Below are positions 39,783 to 51,040 of a DNA stretch of 64,000 bases, piece by piece. The notes beneath the pieces were generated by a model, which worked only from the letters and a program-made list of their open reading frames with translations, did not search any database and was not told the origin of the DNA. Made by a program: the position numbers and the translations under genes. Positions within the stretch are counted from its first letter, which is position 1; every line of letters starts with the position of its first letter. Source of the stretch: Camelus ferus. Taxonomy: Eukaryota. The stretch is from assembly GCF_009834535.1 (NCBI RefSeq), contig NC_045696.1:19656001-19720000 (forward strand), given 5' to 3'.

Positions 39783-40569
39783 ATAAAAATAATTTTACAA
39801 TAATGAAGACAAGTAGATGCCAGTATCTTTTATCCAGAGATATCAAAGGTATGCCTGACTCAGAGCTTCTAAATCCTACCAAAAACAAGAGAAATTAGGT
39901 AATCCTTAAAACTGCTTTCATTACACATTTGTTTAAACAAATAGAGAGCGTACTACGAGGATTAAGGCACACATAAAAAGATTGATTAAAAAAAATGTAA
40001 GTTTATCCTGAGAAAAGAAATATATATTTAAATACATAATTATAAAACTTTTAGTTGTTCCTGAAAACACTTTTCCATGCTTGAATATGAAAAGGTCACA
40101 ACAGGATTGGAGAACATTAAGAAAAGAAGTTAAGGAAATCCATCATTGGTCTTACAGCCTGTAATCAGAACATCATTACAAGCCAAATGAGCATAATTTG
40201 TCACTTTGAAAATTCTCAGGTTGAGACTCGGGTCATTTCAAATACCAATTTTCACAGGGCAAACAGGTCAGACAGTCCACCTGTTCTGTAGCTTTCTCCC
40301 AAATAACTTTCAAAAAGGCTGACTCTCTATAAACTATCATTCATTGCTAAAGGACCTCCTGACGTTTCCCTTCACACGGCCTCCATTAATATGCAGCTTC
40401 TTCTTTTAAATTTAGAGAGAGTTTTTTGTAAATGGCTTTTAGATCACAGCTTGACACTGTCTAATAAATTTGTAAATATGCATGACCTTTGATCTAACAT
40501 TGTCAGTAATAAGATAGCCAGCTTACTGGACCTATCATTTATAACAATATTAGCAATAAATAATTTTAT

Positions 40570-40915
40570 GGAACTTTACATACACTGAGAATTGTTCAAC
40601 TCATTCATTCCTTAAAAGGGCCCTATCAGATAGGTACTACTGTTTTTTATTTTAAAGCTTTTTTTTTTTTAATGGAAGTCCTGGGGATTGAATCCAGGAC
40701 CTTGTGCATGCTAAGCACATGCTCTACTGCTGGGCTATACGCCCAACCCCTCAAGCAGGTACTACTGTCACAAATATTTTACAGATAAGTAAAATAAGGC
40801 ACCAAGAAGTTAGAATAAGTCGCCAGAGGGTCACAAGTTTGGTACATGGTAGAGCTGGAACTTGATCCCAGACAGTCTTGATCTAGAGTCTGGTCTCTTA
40901 ACTTCCTGCACTAGG
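40570..40915 (-). mobile_element. MIR SINE (interrupted by the younger SINE)
   Basis: aggtactact...ttttacagat..gtaaaataaggcac...ggtcaca...ggtagagctggaacttgatcccagacagtc. Confidence 0.75.
40644..40750 (-). mobile_element. tRNA-derived SINE, camelid Vic-1 type
   Basis: Minus strand GGGGTTGGGCGTATAGCCCAGCAGTAGAGCATGTGCTTAGCATGCACAAGGTCCTGGATTCAATCCCCAGGACTTCCA with A-tail and A/B boxes; TSD aggtactactgt at 40632-40643 and 40757-40768. Confidence 0.88.
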
Positions 40916-40925
40916 CTGTCTTAAG

Positions 40926-40927
<2 letters not shown>

Positions 40928-40984
<57 letters not shown>
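40928..40984. repeat. (CA)n microsatellite
   Basis: Directly visible. Confidence 0.95.
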
Positions 40985-40988
<4 letters not shown>

Positions 40989-43900
40989 ATTCAGCTTTAC
41001 AATCTTAACTAGGAATGTGCATTTCATCCTGCTCCCAAGTGTAATGTTAGTACCGATGGTAAATTCTTACGTCAATAACTGAATCACGAAGAAGCAGGAT
41101 TCAGGGTCTAATATTAAGAGAAAATTAATTTTTTCTCCCTTACTTCATTTTTAATTTGTTTAGTGGGGAAATGTCTTCTCTTGTCCCTGGATAAAACTTT
41201 AGGGGTTGAAAATGGATGGGTAGACAAGAGAGGTCACCATCTTCTCACTTCATTGGTACTGCGTGAAGGTGGTCCTGTGCTTTCTGGAACTGGGAGATAG
41301 TTCAAACTAATTCATTCGTTTGCAGAACACTTTTGCATATATTTGGAGACCTCCCTTCATTTGCAGAAAATCTTCCCTCTGTTGCTTGCTTAATACCAAG
41401 GAATCCAATGGTCTCTTTCCAGCTTCTGTCTGGTGAATTTTGATTGCTCAGTTGGGTAGAATCTAAATCAATCCTCTTCCCAAATGTATTTTTCTGCATG
41501 GCCCAAATCTGTTCAATATTAACACATATTCATCATTCTCTTGGATAATTTTCGAAATTTAGAATGACTGCATCTTAGTTACAATGTCCTTTGTTCTATC
41601 ACCAGTACAACCAACTTGCACATCTTTCTTCCTACGGACTAGTCAGGAACTAGGTGGACACCATTTTACTGTGTTCCTCTGATTGTAGGAAACACATCTC
41701 TAAGTGGTTTGGTAAAAGGCTGATAAGAGGAGACAGGTACATCAACCCACATCCTTGCTTTGGTTCAAAGAGGAATAAATCTCAGTAGTTTTTTCCAAAG
41801 AAATTTACTTCAAAGGTACACTTTCAACACAACATTGAATAATTCATCACTTTTATATCATCCAGTGGATGAGGATTCAAAAGCCACAGAAAAGTAGCCA
41901 GGTTTAGAATAAGTTTTTAAAATGTGAATCCCACTTAACTTTGGTTTATTATACCTTCTAAATCTTAAGGCTTCAGTCAAGATCTGGAAATTTTAACATC
42001 CAATTACTAATCTTTGATACCTACATTTCCACAAATTTTAAGTCTTATCTAGACATAAAGGAGTTTTATATTTCCAGTCATTATTAACTTCAAAGCCACT
42101 CTTTAATATGACCCATTTTTATTCTTATTTTTACCACATATTTAAAGCTCCTCTTAAAAATATTTGCTACTCAAATAGGGGCCAGTTGAACAAATCTTTA
42201 AGAACAGAGTGATTTTAATATCCTTGATTTGGTTTTAGAAGACACAGTCTGACTACTTCCTGTGGGATTAAAGGCAAACTCCGAAACCTGCAAACTTTAA
42301 CATCTCATTTATACAACACAGGAATGGGACCAGATAAATGCTAAAGTTTTATTGGGTCTAATACCACAGAACCTAAAATGCACATGTGTTCTGCTGACTG
42401 CTTGGCATCCCTGGAGGCTTCTGAGTTTCTGGGCTGACTTCCAAGACACCTGCCCCATTTTAATCAGCTTTCCTTTTTATACTTTGTTCACCATGGGACC
42501 CTACACAAAATTGTACTCAACAGAAAGGTTCTGTAGTCTGAGGTTTAATGTTTTTAACTACTGCTCAAGGGACACAATGTATCTAGCCCTTTATGTGTGC
42601 TTTTCAAGTGGAGAAAACCATACGCCACTAGATGGAACCTTTCACCTGTTGTCGTGTGTCGCTTGTGATCCACAGGACCCGTATGACACCATGTCATCAG
42701 CCTTTCCTGCAGTTCACTGGTTTTCTTTACTTTTGCCAACAGCTACACATACAAATGTGGGTACTACTTCATGACTGGAAAATCCAAGGGTCTTTATGAA
42801 ATTATTTATCAAACACTTGTTTTAATCCAGAGAATTTTAGCCTGCTTTTTTTTGAGTAAGAACTTCCTTGAGAGATAAACACAATGAAATGAGCATACTG
42901 GGTTATCTTTTTTTGTAAACTCTAGCCAATTACAGAAAAATTTTGATTTTATATGAAATAACTCATTTTATATATTAAAATATATATGTTAAAGAACTTT
43001 AATGAGTAGTAATTATACCTCTATACCATCATTGAACATAAAGAATAATTATTTCCAAACTCTGCTCAGATTTCCATACACAACTGAAATTTGTTAAAAC
43101 CCACAATTATTTATTGTCTATTAGCAACTATACTAGCCAATATTTGAAGAGGTATTTCCTTCATATTTTGGTTTTTCTGTTACTCTAAGTTTAGAGGTCA
43201 TTTCCCAGTCCCTTAACTTGTGCTTCTGATGGGGAAATCTGCTTGTACTACATCAAATGTATGATGTAGAAATTTGAAAAAAAGAAAAGGAGAGAGCTTC
43301 TTAAATCACTTGTATCCAAGCTATGTAAAGTTATAATCACTTCATTTTAACCCTATAAAGCACCCAAAACTAAGTGAAACTTAAGTATTTATTCTTAATA
43401 ACACAGTGAAAATTACATGTATCACACACATTTAAAGTTATGACGAAGTTGTCTAGAAATATATTTTGCATGAAATTTGAAGTCTAGAAGTTCAGAAATG
43501 TTATCTACCTGACCTTGACATAATCTCCCCTACAGATTTCAAGTCTCATGACAATCTGATGTGTTATCTCACTAATGTGCTTATTCACCAGGGAGTAAGG
43601 CTTAATGAATACCCAAAACATAACAATCACACAAACTCATATGGTGGACTCCCAAGGAAGGGATCAAGTTTTAATAACCAGAACCACTTATGTCATGACC
43701 TTCTGTTTGCTTGATTTATGTCATAGAAGTTATTTTCGGCTTAAAATAATTCATTAAACCCTTTAACATGGTATCATTTTTAAAAAAAGAGAGTAAATGA
43801 TGACTTATCTTCTCAAAGCCCTCTATAGCCTAGATATTACTGGTGATGAATATTTGCAAAATACAATTGATGCTGAATTTCCTTTTTTCTTTTCTCTTTT

Positions 43901-46654
43901 TTTGGAGGGGGGCTGTCTGATGAGAACAATATGGGTTGGAAATCCTGTCTCATCAGGACAATAAGTGTTATAAAGATACAGTATGACTACTTAAGTATAA
44001 TTTTAAAATGCTATTACCCAGTAAAGTGAAATAGTGTTCTATTTTAATCAATCTGGCTATAGAGATTTTTAGGTATATACAATAGTAACTAAAAAAAGAG
44101 ATTTTACAATTCCACTTCCCTTTCTGAGTTTTATTTTTACCATCTTTTAAATCAAAAAGAATCAATTTGCATGTTTAGCATTAAAATAGTCCTTTCACCT
44201 GCACTTCTGTTTCTGGAAGGCTTTTTACAGAAAATTATACTTCTGTCCTCTTTTTTTTTTTGACTTATTTCAGGGAAGTACACTAGGTCATAAGCCTTAT
44301 TCCTAACAATTACACAGATAGTGTTTATATATGAAGGATGAAAAACACAGACAATTTTAAGTATAGCATATATTGAGATAAATCAAGATTAATGTCCAAG
44401 TAATAACCCTTTATACATTATAACCTCATACTAGAAATGAAGGCATATTCAAAATTTTTACAATATAATTTCTTGACATTTACATGTGTTGGTTTCATAT
44501 AGAGGGAAAAAAGATAAAATGAATTATTGCCACTAATCAAATAGTTTTTTATATATTAGCAGTGTTAGATATCACAGTCATATGTATTTTTTAAGCTATA
44601 AACTTGAAGTTATCCCTGAAGTTGTGAAATATGTCATAGAATTCAGAAATTTGGATTTTTGTTTCTTTTATTTTGTTGAGTTGGACTATTTTCAAATATA
44701 ATCCTGAAATGTTGTTTAATAACCATCTCATTCTGTAAACTCCTGGCCAATCTGGGCACAAGTTTGAAGTTAATCAGAGCAAGAGAGACTAAAGAAATTA
44801 GAAGACACAGATTCTGGTCTTTACTTAAACAATTCTTACACTCGTGACCCTTGGAAAGTCACCTTTTGGGTTTTAGTACACTTCTCTTTATAATGGGACT
44901 AATAATAATTTGTTTTGCATACTCTTTAAGTTTTCTCCAAAAATAATACATTTAAGGATATAAGAGAACAAATGGAGATCACATAGAAAACTGTGTATTA
45001 TTAAACCCATGGAACACATTATTAACTGTTTCATGTAGCTGTTCTTAAGAGAGTAGACAGCATTTGCAGACTTTAACAAATATTTAATCAGTGTTAACAA
45101 ACGCTCTCACAAATACATACTATATGATAACTAAAGCTTAACCATGTCTAATAACAATATTTTCTCATTTTCATGATAACAAACTATGCCCCTCTCACCC
45201 TCATCATACCTAGTTACTGAATCAGATCTGTCCCAAAATGAAGGAGATCAATATTGAATAAATCATATTCAAATATTGTCCATATAGCTTTGCTTATTAA
45301 AACAAATTACATTATTTTACCATAAGTATTTGATACAAAATATGAGCCTTTCTTGTGAAGCAAATAAATAGAAAAGCAATGAGTAAAAATAAGATAAGGC
45401 AACATGAGAAGAGGAATTGACTGAGTTCAACTGTCTTTTCATCATGATGGCTTGAAATACAATCATCAAAAGACACAAAGATTTCAAAAATTACATGTAT
45501 CTTAAATTTTAATAGTATTAAATATTTAATAGTATTTTAATAGTATTAAAATTTTACTTTTAAATATTCATTTAAGTTAGTAATTCACACACACACGCAC
45601 ATATACACACACTTTCTTGAGAATGTTATGCTCCTGAATCCTGAAAATATATTGGGATAAATTTATAATACAAGAACTATTGTATATTTTTGACAATAGA
45701 AATAGCTGAATTTCTAGGAAAAACTTTGAAACCAGAAGTTTCTAATCATAATATTATTTATGTGCATAATTATCATACTTGAGAATCTCTTCAATTGTCA
45801 TTTGTTCTTTAAAAATTACACTTAAATGGTACTATGTCTTTATAAGGCTGTCACATGTCTCTTTAAAAAGACAATATATTTTGCTAGGATTAGCTATTTC
45901 TGGGCAAATCTGTAGACAAGATATATAAATAAGAAATAGGCAATTTTGTAATAACTCTAGTACTTGAATTAATTAGCATGATTTACCCTTTTAAATGACA
46001 GTGATAATAAGACTACATTTAAAAACCAGGAACACATTTACTTGCTCATATTAATGGTTTTAAAATTGTAATAGTCTTAAATTCCATTTAATACTTTTAT
46101 AATTTATTGATTATATAATGTAAAAACCACCTGAATTAGTTACTAAGACACTGAAATTGAAATAAAAATAGGGACTAGAATTTCTCAAAGAAAACTTATC
46201 TTCCATAATCCATAATCAGTTTCAAAATGTCAGTATTCTTATTTACCACCATGTGAGTTGAGTTTTGAATCTTTTAAAAAGTATACACACACACACACAC
46301 ATAAGATACTTAAGTTCAAAAGTTTAAGAAACCTATTAGAAGGAAAAAGCCAGATAATTGTAGACCTGGAATAAATCCTACTGGGACACATAAATGGCTA
46401 AAACTCCCATTGACCAGTATAGTATAAGTTCAAACTCACAAATATAAAAGTAAGGGAGTGGTTGTTTTTTAACTTATGAAAAATACTGGTGTTTTAAAAC
46501 ATGCAGAAATATGTTTTGCCCTTTACAGTAATGACAAATTCCATCTTTTTGTATGTACTCTCAATTATTTTTAAGAAAAAAGAAAAAGAAAAAAAGCTAT
46601 CTTTTATGTTTAGTATTTTTAGAGTTGCAGCTTGGATTCTGGTAATTTATTTAA

Positions 46655-47235
46655 CATTTTATTAAAGTGTAATAGGTATGGAGAAAAATACATGTATTGC
46701 AAAGCTATCTCTCTACGAATTTTCACAAATGAAAATAACTAGAGTCTAGGTCAAGAAAGACAATGGTATCTGTGGCCCAGAAGCATCCCTTGGATTGTCT
46801 TGTAGTCACTGCCATTGCAACATGCCAAGACCACCATGATCTCTCTCTTCTAAAATAATACATTAGCTCTGGTTGTATTTTCACTGTATATCAATGTAAT
46901 CATATATTATGTACTTTAATTTCTTTCATTCCTTCTTCTCAACATGATATATGGAAAATTCAACCATATTATGCCTGACTCTAGATCTCTATATATCTCA
47001 TTTACATACAGTAATTATCGTGTGAATATACCACAATGCATTTTTTTCCACTTTAATACTGATTGGTGATGACATTGTTTCTGATTTGTAGCTAATTGAA
47101 ACAGCGCTATGAAACATATCTTTTTCATTTCTATTGTCAACAGATATAAGAACAGAGAAGCTGGGTAACAGTACAACACACATAAAACTTTGGAAGATAA
47201 GGCCAAACAATTTTCCAAAGTGGCTGTACGGCAAA
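46655..47235 (-). mobile_element. Old L1 (L1ME-type) 3' fragment
   Basis: gaattttcacaaa...ccagaagcatccct...gtgtgaatataccacaat...gccaaacaattttccaaagtggctgtac. Confidence 0.75.
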
Positions 47236-48189
47236 TTTTCAGAAGAAAAGAAAGTGATAAACATTGATAGCTACATTAGCACAAAGAGTTAGCGAATATA
47301 AAGAAAAAGGTGATTTTCTATAAGTAAAAAAGAAAAAATTCTGGAAGGAAGAGAGCAATTTTAAGAGTCAAAAGGATATGCTTGAAATTGACTATAAGAA
47401 GAAAGTTAGTCAAAGATGAGGTTACTGAATGAGTATCTTCAAGAGAAGATGTCTCATGAGTACCTGGCACATGAATTTAAGGACCCTCCAATGTGCGCCT
47501 TCCCTACCCCTTCATCTGTCATCAAAAGTAAAAGTGCGGAACAAAACCACATCAAGCACACATTAGATGAATTTGATTTTCAGGCTGGCATTCTTATTGA
47601 TTCATAGGCATAAATCTAAAGCCAAAACAGTAACGGTAAACATCGGTATGTATGAGTGTTATCTGTTATTCTTCACGACTGTAGAACGTTAAGCTGTCAT
47701 ATTAACTTGCTCCGTGGTCCTATCAGATTTCTGGAAAATGCATCATCCTGTTGCGTATGCATATTACTCTCCTCCTACTGAGAATATGGTGTCATTGGTC
47801 CACATGGACTAAATTAGTGCTGACTCCTCTATCACCTCTGACAAATGTATCTGTAAGTGAAGTCTATTCACAGTTATCCTTCTCGCTCTAAATCATAAGC
47901 TCTGTTTGTAAAAACAGGCTACACAAGTGTTAAAATGACAGCAGTTGGTGAACAGTGTCCTGAAGAATGCATTTTATTTGCTTTTCTTAGAAACAGCCTA
48001 GGCTTTTCAATATTGATTCATTTTATTAGAAGTACCTTGGGAACACGGAACAGTTTCTTTAAATATTAACATTCTACGTATTTACTGAGTGAAAATTTGG
48101 CAAGAGGCTGGGACATGACATAAGGACACTGCTATTTGGATATTAACTTTTCCACCATCACCCCAAATTTATGTTGATATAGAGCCCTG

Positions 48190-48370
48190 GATTATTTATT
48201 CTCAACAATGATTGTGCATTAGAATCACCTAGGAGCTTTCAGAAATGTACTCATGCCCAGGTCTGCATCCAGGACCAATTAAATCTTAATCTTAAGGAGG
48301 AGCCCAGACATTAGTCCTTTAAGCATCTTTGCAGGGATTCTAAAAAGAGACCCATTTTGAGAAACACTGT
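48190..48370. mobile_element. MER5-type hAT element
   Basis: ttctcaac...tgcattagaatcacctaggagcttt...ccaattaaatc...ttgagaaacactg. Confidence 0.7.
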
Positions 48371-49467
48371 ATGATGCCATCACCCTTTCAAGTGCCAAAA
48401 TCATCTACCCTATGGTAAAGGCAGAGCATGTTCAAGCATTCTTTCAAGTTAATGTAAGACGACTTTCTTTGTTTTTTTCTTTTTTCTTTTCTTCTTTTTT
48501 TTTTTTTTCACAAATCCCAACTTTAAAGTGTTCCCTTGACATATGAAGTCATTAGCATTCCCCATGTCTCATAGAAACTGATGTCCTGGTTTTATTCTTT
48601 TCTCCCCAAATTCTTAACCTTGACTGTATGTTTCTGTCAACAGTGCGACACCAATAAACTAAATTACCTCTCTTAAAAGTATTTTAAATAAAACAGACAA
48701 AAATTACCCAAGAACAGTAAAAATTCTCCAGAGCATTGGGAAAAAAATACTGAAGCAACCTCTCCTTGTAATATTTTTCTGGGTATAAATGTATCAGACA
48801 GTGAATATTTTTCTCCTTTCTCATATTTTAATATTTTAGCTAATTAATATTCTGGTAAATTCCTATTACGATCATAAACATTAAAATTTGCTGATTAACA
48901 TTAAATTGTATATCTCTATTAAATTGTTATGTCATTTAAATGAGAATGTGAGTTTATACTGTTGGTAGGACTGACTTTGGTTTTTATTTACTTTTTTGTT
49001 ACTTTTCCAATTTAGTGCCATTATAGTAAACTAGACTTTGACATTTAAATCTTCTCGGTCAGTAGAGAGTGTGATAAAGTAGATCAAGAATATGACATGG
49101 CCTAGAACAAGGACTCTCACCTCATCTACCTTTCATCCACATGAAATTCTCAAAAGAGAATCCTCCAGATTCTATACTTTGAGGATTTTTAGATTTTGCT
49201 TAGATGTCACATCTGATCTGTGCCTTTTCCTACAAAGTTTTGCCAATGCCAGGTTGGGAAATACAATGATGAGAAAACAAACCAAGTCTCTATTTTCATT
49301 GCGCTTCCTGGACTGTTGTCTTACCACTCAAAGGTGGTCCACTGTGTGCTCACGACATCTCCTCCTTACCCTTCCCATAAAATTCACCTCATGGTAAAGA
49401 CAGATCTGTTCGTTTCTCTCTCTCATAGACAGTAGCTGCAGTGGCTCTGTTATTCACAGTTGTGTGG

Positions 49468-49720
49468 GAGGCAGCAAAGCACTGGGATTAAGAAACTGGA
49501 TTCTGAAGTCAAACCACAAGCATTTTCATCCTGTCTTCATAATTTATCAGTTGTATGACCCAGGCAAATTATTTAACCTTGGTGTCCCTGCAATTGGAAA
49601 TTATAAATTAATGCCTGTCTCATAAGGTTGGAGTACAGGCGATATAAAATAATTTACGTGAAGTACTAGCACCATGCCTGAGGAATAGTAACTTCTCAAG
49701 ACCTGCTACCTATAACTCCT
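49468..49720 (+). mobile_element. MIR SINE
   Basis: ttgtatgacccaggcaaattatttaacct...tgcctgtctcataaggttg...gtgaagtactagcaccatgcctg. Confidence 0.75.
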
Positions 49721-50661
49721 ATTGTTCGTACCAAGTGTATCATGAAATGTATGCACAGTGGTTGCTGCTTGGATGAGTTATCATCTGTATTGCACTATTT
49801 AATCTAAATATCATAAAAGAACTTCCAAATTTGATTTTAAAGATTATTGTAAAAATTATCTGCTTTATCTAGACAATTACCTTTATTTCACAGAAGAGCG
49901 AATGTTCTGTAAAACACTTGGAGCAAGTGACTGAAGTGATTTGGACGAGGCATACAGACAGCTTCACAGGAGTAAGGCTGCCCAGCCTGTCAAGTTGTCA
50001 AGTGCCAATCTCCATCAAAAGCATACGAAAGTTTATTTTGACAAAGATATTGGCTTTCCAGGACATTAGGAGTATGATAGCAATTGTGTGTGAAGTACTA
50101 TCCTAAATTGAAGAGCTAAAATAAAATTGGGTTGTTGAAGGCCTCTAATATAAATTTTATCAAAGCCAATTCAACTAGAGCAAAGCACTAATGAATCCTT
50201 TAAGACATACACATGACAAGATTTATAGATGTTATTCAGGATCATGAAACACATTAATGATTGGTATAATGGGGATGAATATCAAAGTTGAAGCCACTGT
50301 CTCTACAATCCAAGATCAGAGTGAAACCACAGGGACTCATGTCACCTGAAAATATGTATTCTGAGCTTACTATGAAAATAGACATCACACTAAATTTTAA
50401 TCGAATGTTAAAACATTTTTTATACCAGTTCAAAGACTTCATATTAAAGGTATTTGTTTCTTACATTTGTTGGGATGTGTCCAAGTACAAACTAATGTGT
50501 ATTTCCTACTGTTGTTGGGAACTTCAACCTGTCATAAAGTTACTAAAAATCCTCTAAAAGAATCCACATAGGAAAGTATATATCAACACCAGTTAAGATG
50601 AATTTGTTAAATAAATATTCATTCAGATTAATGCTGAGTTATCATTTCCTCAATAATGCTC

Positions 50662-51040
50662 CATTCATTTATTCAAAAAGATTTCTAAGTGACTACGATG
50701 TATCAGTAGCTATTCTAGGTGCTGGGGATATAGTTAGGAGCATTATTTAAAATAAAGAACATTCCTATAGTCACAATGGTTACATCTAATGGGGTGGGGA
50801 GTCAGCAGACTGATAAATTAATACAATATATAATCTGTCTCTTGGTGATAAATATTGTGGAAAAAACTAGAGATGGAGATAAAAAATATTGTAGGACTGA
50901 GAGGGTTGTCACAGAGAAGTAACATTTCAGTAAAGATCTGAAGAAGCTATGAAGAAGGCAAGCTATAACAATTTCTAGAGAAGAACATTCTAGTAGAAAT
51001 CTCAGAAAGTGCAAAGATCCTAATATAGGAATGGACATAA
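50662..51040 (-). mobile_element. L2 LINE 3' part
   Basis: cattcatttattcaa...tattctaggtgctggggata...gagaagtaacattt...gaagaacattctag. Confidence 0.75.

Larger units (their letters stand above)
41164..50069 (+). pseudogene. Decayed gene C: putative LRR-containing type I membrane protein
   Basis: Exon 41164-41711 has gaaaATGG at 41212, a hydrophobic leader, LRR consensus FRNLE*LHLSYNVL (41550-41591) and a frameshifted LRRCT-like ELGG/PFYC/DCRKHISKWF. Further candidates: 42609 onward and 43536-43594. Phase-consistent distal exons: 47584-47645, 47727-47852, 49238-49393, 49894-~50069. Confidence 0.5.

Noticed and set aside
40669..40750. tRNA gene
   Set aside because: A-tail and TSD identify it as a tRNA-derived SINE.
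46528..46640. Two micro-exons that could supply the TM helix of gene C
   Set aside because: Only about 20 nt each with several alternative phasings; not supportable from sequence alone.
47727..47790. Neprilysin/ECE (M13)-like DxWxMxxPxxxAYYSP motif
   Set aside because: The NAYY Asn is absent, no FPAGILQ or HExxH follows, and the context looks cytoplasmic; probably chance.
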